DNA of 64,000 nt, from assembly GCA_951406725.2 (NCBI GenBank), contig OX597823.1, forward strand, positions 35,340,001 through 35,404,000, written 5' to 3'. The notes under the pieces were generated by a model. It searched no databases. It was given only the letters and a program-made list of their open reading frames with translations, and was not told the origin of the DNA. Below, piece after piece: positions 25,600-38,382 of the stretch. Position 1 is the first letter of the stretch. Every line of letters begins with the position of its first letter. The position numbers and the translations under genes were made by a program. The DNA is from Octopus vulgaris (Eukaryota).

Positions 25600-26155
25600 A
25601 AATTTAAAATTAAGGTTTAGAAAAGAAACAAACAGTACGTCCCAGGTAGTTCGCTTGCAGAGCCCGTTCACCACTTATGGCTATCAGGTGTCATCTGTGT
25701 TACTGCGCTTTCGTCGCTGGATCTGCATCAGGAATTCCTAGGTGCACGTTGGGTATATTTTAAATGACTGATACAGAAGACGGAGTGTAACTAGAAGTTT
25801 TATTTAGCACAATAGTTTCCGATTCCTTCTGCACTTCTCCCTAGTGGATGTGGGATGGTGTAATGACATGAGGTGCAACGCATAGACCCTCATCAGGTGA
25901 CGTAAAATACTTCAAAAGTTATAACTTTTACATTTCGTTTTCGCTCCAAGTTAAATGCTGGTGGTGTGTTGCTAGTAGTTAGCACACATTTTAGTGAAGT
26001 GAGGTAAGTTGTGGCTCCCTCCACTTTGCGTTGCATCTAATGTCATCGTCCCACACCCACTAGGGAGCAGTGCAGAAAGAAGCCCAAACGATTGCCGTGC
26101 TAAATAAAGCTTCTGGTTACACTCCTTCAGTATCAATCGTTTAAAATATATATAA
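25600..26155. mobile_element. Inverted pair of PLE terminal repeats (25600-25905 minus; 26025-26155 plus), same family as 46010-46290
   Basis: ttgca...cccactaggga..agtgcagaa...aaac...ttg..gtgctaaataaa...ttacactcc shared by all three copies. Confidence 0.75.
25807..25899 (-). ncRNA. Hammerhead relic (cleavage site deleted)
   Basis: Minus strand CAC-CTGATGA...GAAA-CTATTG-TGC; homologous to 46013-46105 but lacking ~3 nt at the GUC site. Confidence 0.55.
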
Positions 26156-26189
26156 ATACTAGAGTTTCTCGGGATTAAAATAGCATACT

Positions 26190-26468
26190 TTTTTATTGTT
26201 TTACTTGTTTGAACCATGCGACTTCGGCCATGTTGGAACACCCCAGGATTTATTCTTTGTAAGCGTAGTAATTATTCTATCAGTGTATTTTCCCGAACTG
26301 TAAGTTATGGGAACGTAAACATAGCAACATCGGTTGTTTTGCAATGGTGGGGTACAAACACAGACACACACACACACACACACCACACACACACGCAAAT
26401 ATGCGACAGTTTTCTTTCAGTTTACGTGTACGAAATCCATTCACAAGGCTTTGGTCAGCCTTAGGCTA
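26190..26468 (-). mobile_element. SINE family A, degraded
   Basis: Homology to 4935-5250. Confidence 0.75.
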
Positions 26469-26526
26469 TAATATATATATATATATATATATAGGGAGAG
26501 AGAGAAAGAGAGAGAGAGAGAGAAAA

Positions 26527-26573
<47 letters not shown>

Positions 26574-26641
26574 TAGTAGGTCCCTTCATCTTACAATATT
26601 AAAAAGAATTTCTATTTTAAATACCTACTATTTTATAACTT

Positions 26642-26736
26642 GGCTACATGTGTTTCATGATGTACATTTCCCGGTTCCTAAACCACTCTGAGTTTTGCTG
26701 GAACCATTCTTAAGATATATCCCCAATCATCAGGCC
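26642..26736 (-). ncRNA. Minimal type I hammerhead ribozyme with extended stem II
   Basis: Minus strand GGC-CTGATGA-...GGTTCC...GGAACC...-GAAA-CACATG-TA-GCC; intact core, stem I GGC/GCC, near-palindrome ACACATGT. Confidence 0.75.
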
Positions 26737-26982
26737 CCTATATCACTTTCTCATCGTTCAATACTATAAACTATATTTTAATTTTTTAAAACCTATAAGT
26801 ATGTATAAAATAGGTTCGCTGGACCCTACAGTACAAGCCATAATTCAAATAAAAAATTACAAAAATAAAATAAGAAATAAAAATGCGAAAAAATTCCCGA
26901 AAAATTTACAAAATCTATGTTAGTAATATATAGGGTTAAAAATAAAATATATACTTGTGATAATATAAAATGGTATAAAATG

Positions 26983-27092
26983 AAAGGAATGGCAAGAAAA
27001 ATATATACGAATAAAAATAAAAGGAATGGCAAGAAAAATATATGTGAATACAAATAAAGGAATGGCAAGAAAAATATATACGAATAGAAATA
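26983..27092. repeat. Three tandem ~37 bp units
   Basis: aaaggaatggcaagaaaaatatata(c/tgt)gaata repeated three times. Confidence 0.9.
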
Positions 27093-27471
27093 AATACTAA
27101 TAAACATGGAGGCAATGACGAATAAAGATATTCGAATAAAAGCTATAGTACTAATTAAGAACTGCAAAATTTATAAGTGATACGAATTTAAAATTTACAA
27201 ATAAAACAATATAAAATAAAAATAACTTGATGCTAACGTAAAGGAAAATATACAAGTCACCGATGGCTCCATTATCCTACAACGTCTTAATTATGGCTTG
27301 ACATTGCAAAGTCCTGCGAAGTACTCACACACCTTCCTGCTTCTTTTAAACTATTATTTAATTAATACATTATCTAAATAGTAAACATGGTCCACGAAAC
27401 TACAAAAAATGCATCATGGGAACATTACGTTTTTTATTTCGTATTATTCCGTATTATTCCGCCCTTTAATC

Positions 27472-27560
27472 ACTCACTACTATTCATCTCCACATCTAAT
27501 GGTAAGTTATTTATGAATGTACTAACTTACCATTAGATGTGGGGATGAGTAGTAGTGAGT
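27472..27560 (+). other. Long hairpin (38 bp arms, 13 nt loop)
   Basis: actcactactattcatctccacatctaatggtaagtta / taacttaccattagatgtggggatgagtagtagtgagt; the two deviations are G-U-compatible on the + strand. Confidence 0.9.
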
Positions 27561-27600
27561 ATATAAGAGATAGGGGTAGTGGATAATGTTGAGGAATCCA

Positions 27601-27698
27601 GACCTGAAGATTGGGAGTATGTCGACCCGAGTAAGTATTGAAAGTAGATACCTCGTATCTAATCAATACTGACTTACTTTCATGAAACACGTGTAGAC
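27601..27698 (+). ncRNA. Type I hammerhead ribozyme with long stem II
   Basis: CTGAAGA...AGTAAG-TATTGA-TAGATAC/GTATCTA-TCAATA-CTTACT...GAAA-CACGTG-TA; palindrome ACACGTGT; stem I has one mismatch (gac/gac). Confidence 0.7.
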
Positions 27699-27863
27699 TT
27701 ATAAGCGGAAAATACAGGATTCAGAATAGATATAGTTAGAATAAGATTTAATTTTTAACATTTTATGGAGTGGTGGGTATAAAACCTTTCAGTGTTGATC
27801 GAGTTGAAGGTGTTTCTGTCTCTAAAATTACTTATATATATATATATATATATATATTTATAC

Positions 27864-30800
27864 ACAGTAGAAGAAAAACACCGAGTGCTCCATTTCTCGT
27901 CCGGCTGCAGTCATCAGCTGAATGCCGTGCTTTGCCGAGATTTCAGCCCATTATGCTCAATATCTCTCAACACGGTGGGCCCACAACAGCTGGAGTATTG
28001 CGTTGCAACCGGACACATGCCACCTCTGTGGTCATATACGCTTTCACAAACTTGGTAATCCAAGCACTACCCGCAACTGCTTTCTCCCCACATTCCTTCT
28101 TGATCCCCCTCGCAGCAGATACACCAGCCACCTTCAGAAGCCTTCTGAGATAAGCTGCTGGGAAACCCTTGCAGCCAACCTCGAACGCAACCAGCTCACA
28201 GATGTAACCCTTCTCCCGAATCTCAGCTACCAGTTCTTCGTAGCCCAATAGCTTCCGCTCATGGGCCTCAGCAATGATCCCTTCCTATGGCACAGTCAGC
28301 TCCCCAAGGATCACTCGCCTCCGACCTTCATCTACCAAAACCAGGTCGGGCCGGAGTGCTGACACCAGGATGCTTTCAGGAAATGGCTTGTCCACGAACA
28401 CCTCTGAAAGAGATTTCTGTCCCTTTGGCATCACACCTTGCTTCACAAATGCTGTCTTGCGCAAGCTCAGTTCAGGCACTTGACACTCTCTTGCAGCTGA
28501 AGCAACAACGTTTAGCACTAAATTATATCTAAACGTATACCATCCAGACTGGAGTGCTTTTGGGCAAGCTGACAGCATGTGTTTGAGACCGCCATACTTC
28601 CTGCGCAAATGGCGCTGCGGACTCTCTTGGATATCCCATTTTTCGAGATTTGCTGAAGACGGATGCACATCATACACAGTCTGCATCAGAGCTTTCAAAT
28701 GCCCTGCACTCAACCGCCACCCATCAGACCACTTCAACTCCAGCTTTTCGACACCATCCCAATTCAGCCATCAGCCCTGCTGTGCTTGTTGCACTGCGTA
28801 ACCTAGAAGACTCTTATGTTCCAGCTGCCTTACTTTTCACGTAGCTTCTGCTGTTCTTGTTTACTTGACTCAGACCAAAACCGCTCTCTCTTAACAAGCT
28901 CCACACCAGCACTGCCGTCTATCATCCCTCCCTGCACTTCTGCATGCTGAGCCATCTCATCAAACTGCTGCATCGCCTCAGTGACCTTCCATTTCCTACC
29001 AATGTTCAAATCTGGTGGATTGTCCTGGATCCCAGTGTCCCTTGACACAGACAGCTTCGATTGCAGACGCACCTTGGAGATATTGTACTCCTCCGCTAGT
29101 GACGTCATGGGCAACTGGAGCATACCCTGGTTGCTATAAAGGGCGACAGATGAAAGGCACTTCGAAAGGCCAAACCACTTCCTTACCATCTTATTGATCT
29201 TCCGCTAAATTGTCTCAATCCTCTTTCGAGAAACTTCATACACAATTATGGGCCACAGAAGTCTTGGGAGCAACTCAAAATGTATGCACCACACCTTGAA
29301 CTTCCCTGGAAAACTTGCTTGATCAATGCTCTTTAGCCCTGTCTCTGCCTGCTTCTGCAGTTCAAGACCACAATGTCTATGTGTGAGGGGAAAACTGTAC
29401 CATCTTTCCAGACTTTTGACACTTTGCTCATGAACAGTTGGTATTTGCTATCCACCAATGCTGAAAACCAAATTTACGAGCGATCCACTCTTCAGCGAAA
29501 AAGATATGATCTTCTTCGGCTTAAAGGCCATCCGACTCCAGCTGATCAGTTCAGACAACACGTCTCCGGCAACGTTGATATTCTCCTATACAATGTTGAG
29601 ATCATCCATGAACGTTTTACTTCTCCTTGGTTGAACCTGTGCTCAGCTTTAAGTCCCTCAGTATGATCTCTATGACCGTCACAAAAAGGTTTGGGGAGAT
29701 GGCACAACCCATGCAATCCCCTTCTGTAGATCAATGTATTCAGTGGTGTATTTTGCAGTAGAGAATCGAAACATGAACTGGTCAAATTATATGGATAGAA
29801 CGCTTCGGAGTTTCTGGGGCACACAGAAGAACTCCAGGGCTACCTGTATCATGCTGAGACATTTGCTAGGTCCAGCCATACAACATGCAGCTCCTTACAC
29901 AGTATTTTCTTCTCTTTGGTCTTAGCCCAAATCATTGGGGCATGCTCAAGGCATCCTGAGAACCCTAGGATACCTGCTTCCTGTATAATAATGTCCACAA
30001 AGCCATTGGCAAGCAAGTAATGAGCCGCTTTGCAAAAACAGTGAAGAAGACTTTCCCTCAATATTTAACAAAGAGATAGGGCGAAACTGACGAAGTGTCA
30101 CTGAGTTTTCCTCTTTAGGTATAAAAATCCCATCAGCTCTACACCAACACTCAGGAACTTCACCACGCTCCTATATCTTAACCAGTGATCGCCGCAAACT
30201 CCTCAGTAACTTCGGACAATTCTTGTACGCGGCATATGTCACCCCATTAGGACCACCAGCAAAGCCAGCCCTTGCTTTGCGCATCACCTCCTGAACTTCC
30301 TTAAATTTGACCATGGAAGTATCAAACCCGGCACCTGGAGGGGTGTGTCTGTTCAGCCCTGGTAGTTGTTTAACCTCAGCTCCTCTGTAGGCATGAGAAT
30401 ACGTTTGCTTGAGATGGTTGTCCAGCTCTTCCTGCTCAACACTCAGCACCCCACTAGTTCTATCCTTGAACAGCCATTTAACAAAGCGGAAGAGATTTTC
30501 AATGAAGCCTTTCCTAGCCTTTGTAGCTTCCTTCCGTTTCCTGGTATGATGCTCCGCTCTACCCAGATTTCTGATCTTCTTACGAGTTTCCCACAGGCGG
30601 ATCTCAATCTCAACCTTGTAGGCATCTTCTTGCAGTATTGCTCTTAAGCTTCTTGCGCCCTTTCGAAGTTCACGGATAGCTCTTCTTCTCCGGGATTCCT
30701 TCACCTGAACTGTAGATCTTTCAGTCAACTCACGTGAACCAAAGTTCAGCACTTCGTAATCACTCGTCATCTCTCACAGCATTCGGACTTTCCTGCTTGG

Positions 30801-31470
30801 ATTACTTTTGACTGTGCAGAAAACCACAGACAAGTCCTCGTCCAGTATAGACCACGCTTTATCAGAGACACGAGGCCACTTGATAACTCGCCAACCTGAA
30901 GCTGGAACTGATGCAGGAGTCTGTGGGACACTGTGGTGTTTGTCCTGGTCTCAACACTCCAATGACTTATCGGCGTTCGTCGAGTGATTATCAGTTATCG
31001 GTTTCAAACCACACTTCATTTTTGTTTGGTGGATCTTCCTGCCTTTCACAGACTTGAAGCCTCGCCTACATCCACTACACGCCAACTGGTCTCCATCATA
31101 TTCGTTATCCACTAAATATGTCCTTGTTGCAGCTAGCGTAGTTGTAAGTCATGAGGTTTTACATCCCCAGTGGACCAGGCAACTCTTCCTAGCCCAGCGA
31201 TTGGCCGGAAGATTACTTATTGGTCTAGGTTTGCCAGACTTGAGGCGGGCGCTATCTCCAAAAGGTTACAAGAAGCCATCCCACCGACACTGCACAGAGA
31301 GGCCAGTTCATAACGGCAACTTAGAACAGTTGTATAACCCGATCCTGCACAAGCGCTGCTTCTCGCGAGAACTCAAGGCGAGTAGCTCACGTTCCGCACT
31401 CTCACGGTTATCACCGTCCTATCACGGTTGTCACCATCCTTTCATGGTTGTCACTGGAAAACCAGAGGTT
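27864..31470 (-). mobile_element. Near full-length HERO-like RLE non-LTR retrotransposon, inactivated
   Basis: N-terminal zinc finger CSGCRRGFKSVKGRKIHQTKMKC; AGGPNGVTYAAYKNCP; FRPISL; GILGFSGCLEH...VVWLDLAN; HMLSACPKALQSGWYTFRYNLVL; RPDLVL...ELTVP...EVGCKGF; many stops and frameshifts. Confidence 0.9.
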
Positions 31471-31471
31471 G

Positions 31472-32050
31472 CAGTAGCAGAAAATCACCGAGTGCTCCAT
31501 GTCTCGTCCGGCTGCAATCATCAGCTGATATCCGGGCTTCGCCGAGATTTCGACCCATTATGCTCAGTATCTCTCCACACGGTGGGCCCACAACAGCTGG
31601 ACGTATTGCGCTCCAGCCGGACACATGCCACCTCTGTGGTCATATACGCTTTCACAAACCTCCTGGTAATCCAAATACTACCCTCAACTGCTTTCTCCCT
31701 ACATTCCTTCTTGATCCCCCTCGCAGCAGATACACCAACCACCTTCAGAAACCTGAGAGAAGCTGCTGGGAAAACCCTGCAGCCAACCTCGAATGCAACC
31801 AGCTCACAGATGTAATCCTTCTCCCGAATCTCAGCTACCAGTTCTTCGTAGCCCAATAGCTTCCGCTCATGGGCCTCAGCAATGATCTCTTCCCATGGCA
31901 CAGTCAGCTCCCCAAGGATCACTCGTCTCTGACCCTCATCTACCAAAACCAGGTCGGGCCGGAGTGCTGACACCAGGATGCTTTCAGGAAATGGCTTGTC
32001 CACGAAAACCTCCCATTTTCTGTCTTCGACTGAAAGAGTAATATAACACA
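31472..32050 (-). mobile_element. 5'-truncated second copy of the HERO-like element (RLE domain and 3' UTR), head-to-tail with the first
   Basis: Clearly homologous to 27864-28400; WEVFVDKPFPESILVSALRPDLVLV...ELTVPWEE...EVGCRVF. Confidence 0.9.
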
Positions 32051-32052
32051 AC

Positions 32053-32123
<71 letters not shown>

Positions 32124-32205
32124 CAAGGTGAAGTTGTAAGATACCGCACGAGTGGAAATATATATGAAAACAGGTTTGAAAATGCAACTTTTAAGATGTT
32201 TATTC

Positions 32206-32247
32206 ACTTGACCAATTTCACTTTTTTAGAAAAAGATTGTCAAAAGT
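32206..32247 (-). ncRNA. Decayed hammerhead in a probable PLE terminal repeat
   Basis: Minus strand ACTT-TTGACAA-TCTTTTT-CT-AAAAAAGT-GAAA-TTGG-TC-AAGT; changes from CTGACGA and ACCGGT are all C>T or G>A. Confidence 0.55.
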
Positions 32248-32967
32248 AAAATGTAAGGCTTTGTAAAAGCTTTGTTGTGTTAAGTACTGGTTGTCACAAA
32301 ATATTACAATACATATATACATTCTTTAATAATAATAAGAAAATGTTAAAAACAGTTTACAAGGAAATATCTCGAGAAAATATTAAACAAAAATTTCATT
32401 AAAAATATTAGGATTTCATTCAAAATCATGTTTGTTTGGAAGTATCTATATATATGCACAGAAAAGTATAGGTTAAAAAAAAATGTCATATTTGGTAGTA
32501 TATATATTGAAGGAGATATATTTAGGAGTTTACAAAGAATTTGAGATGAACTGACCTGTTTTAGCAGTTTTTCGTTTTGTGTGAAGCTAAAGGTTGTTTA
32601 CTATTTTAAGGGACAGTGTGGGAGGTTGGTTTGAGTGGGGAGAAGGAAGAGCAATGTGGAATTGAAAGGATTTTTTTGTTTCTCTTTCATGGTTCAGTTG
32701 TTTTGGGACTGGTCTTCAGTAGCTTTTAAGTGGGAGGAAAGGCAGCATGTTCTTTGTTTATCTCCTTAACTTCTTTGAGATTTTAGGCAAAATTATACTA
32801 CTGTGTCCATCAGTTTTAATTAAATTAAATTCTGTCTTTGTGCAGTTGAGGATTGCTCTGCATTTAAAATTGATGTAATGATTGTATTGTTCAATTAAAT
32901 GGAGTTGCGTTAAACGATCGTACTGCATGCGTTACCTCTGGATATCCTTGTAGTTTATTTTATACAG

Positions 32968-33039
<72 letters not shown>

Positions 33040-33044
<5 letters not shown>

Positions 33045-33840
33045 ATATAAATTGGATATGGGCGATCGTTGTATTCTTTCTTGTCTTTAGGTTCACAGCC
33101 AAACGGCTAGGTAGATTCGAGTGAAAAATGGCACGCATGTGGAGACGGGTGCATAGATTGGAATGCAGTTTGTATTTTTTCATAAACCCCATAGTTTCCG
33201 AGAAAATCGATTGAAACGTTTTCTAATGGAATCCCCCTGTTTGTTCCACCATTAAAACAACCAGTTGCTCACACAGCCGGCATATACTATTTCGCTAGCA
33301 ATAAGGGGAGTACAGGATGACAGTCAGTCAAAACTTTCGCTATGCTGTCTCTCTTCTTTCACCTCTTTCTGGAGTTAATAATATTAATCTTTAGTTCTCT
33401 TTCTCACCCTCTTTCTCTCTCATATACACACGCGCAAGCACGCATGCACGCACACACACACGTCTATTTCATGTAACCTCTTTCAATTTCTGCTCTCTGC
33501 AAATAATATTTTTACGGATACAAGTGCTTACAAAAATAGGGATTAATGTATAATTTCTTTCTATGTTCATAATCAAACCGATGTTTTAATGATTAGACAG
33601 AGGTCCAATAGAATAGCTCTCAGAAACAGATTGCGTAAAAATTCGTTTATCACAACTCCTGAAGCTATTTTCTGACAAGGAGGGGGAAGTCAGGAAATTT
33701 TCATACAGCTGCAGGCTCCAATCGAAATAGGGGACCCGAAATTATAAGGTTGAGAAACGCCGTTATAGATTATGCCTAACCGAAAACGATCACAGCCACA
33801 TCATCCAAACAGACCGGGCGAAACCGGGCTTAGCTGCTAG
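33040..33840 (+). mobile_element. Non-autonomous Helitron-like element
   Basis: Begins tatataatataaa; ends ccgggcgaaaccgggc-ttagctg-CTAG (33814-33840), a typical Helitron 3' hairpin plus CTAG. Confidence 0.7.
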
Positions 33841-33859
33841 AATACATACATACATACAT

Positions 33860-33956
<97 letters not shown>

Positions 33957-34309
33957 TACATACATACATAAATACATACATGCATGCATAGATACATACA
34001 CACACACACACACACGCACACACACATATATAAGTACAAGAGATACAGAGAAGCTCAAGTCAGGCAGACTACGATTGGTGTATACATATACGGATTTAAT
34101 ATGATACAATTGTCTAAAACATATATTAATACATTCAGAGTATAAAGATATATAAATTTCAAAATATATATGAATGTTAAAACTATGCAAGGACAAATTA
34201 ATATATAGATATATAAATATATATCATTTTATTTTTCAAAATTATAACCAAGTGGCAATATATTGTTCTACTATAGAAAATGTTACTATGCGGGTTCGAA
34301 TTTAAATTT

Positions 34310-34745
34310 ACTCTTGAAAGTTGAATAATATCTATGGTTACACGAATGAATAGCTTCAGAAAATTTATTTAAAACAGTGGAATTAAAAATGTGAAGGATT
34401 AAGTACGTTTCTTTTATACGCAGTCGGCATCTGCCGGTAATGATATTAGTATGGTGGGGCCTCATCTATGATCGACCAAGACAATGTATAATTAATGTTT
34501 TGTAATTTTACTTTGTGTATGTAGCTTGCTAACGCCGTAGAGTTTCTATGTTTTAACCTATTAAAGGAATTTGCATGTATTCTATACCGTTTTTTAAAGG
34601 CTTTGGTACTTCCTATATATACCCTAGTTTGCTGTTTTTCATTTGTCACTGTACATTTATGTATTACATTTTTGAGTAGGCATAGACCTGCGAGCGGACA
34701 TAATTCAGAGTCCCTACAATTGCTGCTTTTTAGCTTCCTATTTAT
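34310..34745 (-). mobile_element. PLE GIY-YIG endonuclease remnant
   Basis: NCRDSELCPLAGLCLLKNVIHKCTV...VYIGSTKAFKKRYRIHANSF...NSTALASYIHKVK...WSII...CNH. Confidence 0.85.
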
Positions 34746-34787
34746 ATACTGTTAGTTTTATTAACGTTATTTGGAGTCGTGATATAT

Positions 34788-34980
34788 TACTCTTTTAGTC
34801 TTTTACTTGTTTCAGTCATTTGAGTGTGGCCATGCTGGATCACCATCTTTTAGTTGAAGAAATCGAAATTGGGCTTATTCTTTGGAAGCCTGGTGCTTAT
34901 TTTATTGATTTCTTCTGCCGAACCGTTTAGTTATGGGGGCCTAAACACATCATCGCTTATAAAGCGATGGTGGGGGACAA

Positions 34981-35061
<81 letters not shown>

Positions 35062-35219
35062 ACAGACTACTTTCAGTTTCCGTCAACCAAACCTACCCAC
35101 ATGGCTTTGGTTGGCCCAAGGCTATGGTGGAAGTCACTTACCCAAGATGCCACGTTGTGGGACTGAACCCGGAACCATGTGGGAAGCAAGCAACTTAGTA
35201 CACAGTCACGCCCGCACCT
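34788..35219 (-). mobile_element. SINE family A, full length
   Basis: Homology to 4935-5348. Confidence 0.85.
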
Positions 35220-35223
35220 ATAT

Positions 35224-35264
<41 letters not shown>

Positions 35265-35329
35265 TATATATATGCATATATATATATATATATTTATGTA
35301 TATATATAGATAACATGGTGAAAAGTTAA

Positions 35330-36490
35330 AATTCTTGAAAACTACAAACTACATCCAGAAGGAACTAACTGATATTATCTCTCAAATAAAAAAACTCTGA
35401 TAACCTACTTGTTATTTCCGATAAAACAGGAAACCTATATTCACTACCAATTGATGCTTATAATCACTTTATTCTGAAGGAATTGAACTCTAAATATAAA
35501 ATAGTTGCCGATAACAGACCGAATGAAATTAATAAGAAACACTTCGATTTAATTAAGGAGCTAAAATTATTAGATAGGACGGAACCTTATACCCCCAAAC
35601 TTCCACATTTCACATTTAAGGATCACAAAGCAAACTATGAGAGCAAACCCATTGTTAGGCTAATTTGTCCAACTAAATCTGACTTGGGCAGAATTAGTAA
35701 ATCTAACATTGATAGAATTATCACTTGTATTAAAAGAAATGCGAACATCCACTTTGCATCTCCACCGGGAACGTCATAACATGATTATGTTCATTGAATG
35801 ATAAAAATAAAACTTACTTCATAGAATTCGACATTAGCAATTACTATCAATCTATTAAACCAGACCTGCTTGACAGAGCAATTACTTTTGCAGAGAATTT
35901 TACTGATATTACACTGTTAGAGAAGGATATTATTTTTAACGCAAGCAAATCACTGGTATCTTTCAGATATAGGACTAGACCCAACGTGGCCTTCAAGACG
36001 ACTTTGATGTTACAACGAGAACCTCGGACTCTTCCCAGGTCACTGATATTATTGGCCTATTCTTACTTTTGAAAATTAAGGAAGAGTTCTCTACTATCAT
36101 CGCAGGCTTGTACAGAGCGATGCGTTATTCGCTATTTCTGGCTCATCTGAACAAGTGACCGCTTGGGTAAGGAAAAGACTAATAAAACTTTTAAAGTTAT
36201 GCAACTTAGATATTGTATTTGAAAATGTCGCTAAATGCGTTAACATTTTGGACGTAACATTAAATTTAGATAATGGCTTATTTTATCCTTACCATAAGCC
36301 TAATAAAACCATTAAGTATATCCACGCCTTATCAAATCATCCCCAAAGTGGTTATTAACGGGGTAGTCAAAGTGGTGTCGATAAGAAGCTCTAACTTATC
36401 TGCAAATGAAAAGATTTTTTATAACTTTACACCCTTTTATATACAGCATTGAAAGATAGTAGATTCGATAAAAATAAATTAGGTAAACTT
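35330..36490 (+). mobile_element. PLE reverse transcriptase remnant
   Basis: VISDKTGNLY...TFKDHK...VRLICPTKSDLGRISK...FIEFDISNYYQSI...FDVT...ILDVTLNL...PYHKPNKTIKYIHALSNHP. Confidence 0.9.
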
Positions 36491-37032
36491 TTTCCATTAG
36501 CAAATGATTTTCGCCATTATATCATTTTTATATATATTGATAGTTATAAGTTATAATAGTTATTAATTATATCCATTTATTTAGAATGAATTATTATTAT
36601 TTTTATAAAGTGATCTAACGTATCACATTTAATTTAATTTAAGAATTCATTTTGTTAGACAATATATTATTTAATAATTAAGTGGTATATTTATTAAGTA
36701 GTATTAAATTTAGTAAATTAGGTTTTATATTAATTGATATTTAGTCAACTATATTATTGAGTAATATTTTAAATCTATAGAAACCACACATATATTAATT
36801 ATATAGTTAGCTTATTTAATGAGTTTGCCTATGTTTCAACCATTTCTTATTTTGATTACAATATTAATGGCTTGTACTAGCATTGTGCATATTAATTAAT
36901 TTTAAAGTATTGTATAATTTAAGTATTGTTTATAGTTTTCACTTAATGTATAATAATATCAAATGTGACAGCGTGTGTACCGTTGGCGATTTTTTCCCTC
37001 CGTCTTCCCTTCTCTGGATCTTTTCTTTTCCT

Positions 37033-37067
37033 GTTTCTGACGAAGAGCTCCGCTCGAAACGTTAAAC
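37033..37067 (+). ncRNA. Minimal type I hammerhead ribozyme, core intact
   Basis: GTTT-CTGACGA-A-GAGC-TCC-GCTC-GAAA-CG-TT-AAAC: stem I GTTT/AAAC, stem II GAGC/GCTC, palindrome ACGT, GUU site. Confidence 0.85.
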
Positions 37068-37166
37068 CCTCCTTCTTCCCTTCCTTCCTGAGCGTCCAAT
37101 AATACTATATTTGTTCCACGTCCTCGCGTTGTTGTGTTTTCTCTTTGTGTTTTCATGTTTGGATTA

Positions 37167-37202
<36 letters not shown>

Positions 37203-37338
37203 TAAAAATAAATAAATATATAAATATAAAAATAAATATATATATATATATATATATATATTAAAGAATGTATCTATATTTTAAAAGATTATTTACGTAT
37301 ATTTATTAATTAATTATTTTATCACTGTAGTTTATTTT

Positions 37339-37441
37339 TAACATGAAGATTGGCTATATTTATATCGAAGTGATTTTACTACTACTATTAATTTTTTACT
37401 ATAATCATTTCTTAAGTATAACCACGAAACACGTGTCGTTA
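37339..37441 (+). ncRNA. Type I hammerhead, C3>A, long stem II
   Basis: TAAC-ATGAAGA-TTGG-CTATATTTA...TAAGTATAA-CCAC-GAAA-CACGTG-TC-GTTA. Confidence 0.7.
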
Positions 37442-37598
37442 TTCTACCAAATATATATGTTTTTATTATTATTTTACAATTTACTTACTCATTGGTATAT
37501 TATTGTTATTTTATTCTTTTTATCTCTATTATATGTAATTTTCTAGATGGTGTAATTTAATTGTTCATTTTGAATTGATAAAAGGTGTTTTTTTTCTA

Positions 37599-37685
<87 letters not shown>

Positions 37686-38301
37686 TATATAAATATATGG
37701 CATTCTAATCAATTCTAATTAATAAGTTACCACTTAACTAATTACCTGTTTCATTATTCACTTAAACTCACTTTTACAACCAACTGTTTATAAATGTGCA
37801 CCCTCATGCGCTTATATTTATATAAATATATATTTTAAACAAATTCATACGAAAAAAATTTACACAGTTCTCTTCCCTCTTGAATTAGAATACAATACTG
37901 ATCCATTATTAAAAATTAATCTAAATAAACCGTTAGACCTATCCAACTTCGCTTGAAACGCTATTTGATTTGAAAAAATACTTATAATTCTACTAACCAA
38001 TCAAACTTTAACTGATGTAAAGCGATCTGTATCACATTTTCTTAGGGATGATGAACTGATTACTAGTGTAAACATATTTACGTATGTGTATGTATGTGTG
38101 TATTTGTATGCATATATGTTTTTATGTGTATGTGATTATGCATATATATATATATATATATATATATGCATTTTCATGCATGTGGATATGCATGTATATA
38201 TGCGCATTTACGTGTGTGAGAGTGTGTGTACATATTTGTGCATGAAAAGTATGTCAACATGAATACTAATCAATACGTATATGTATGTATATATGCATAT
38301 A

Positions 38302-38382
<81 letters not shown>

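Noticed and set aside
26983-27092. Regularly spaced repeats as a CRISPR-like array
   Set aside because: Simple tandem repeat with no unique spacers, in a eukaryotic context with no cas genes
31054-31815. 253 aa plus-strand ORF
   Set aside because: Antisense to the HERO-like junction and 5' UTR; no recognisable domain
38008-38082. Additional hammerhead relic (CTGATGT...GTAAACATATTTA)
   Set aside because: Multiple core mismatches and no clear stem I
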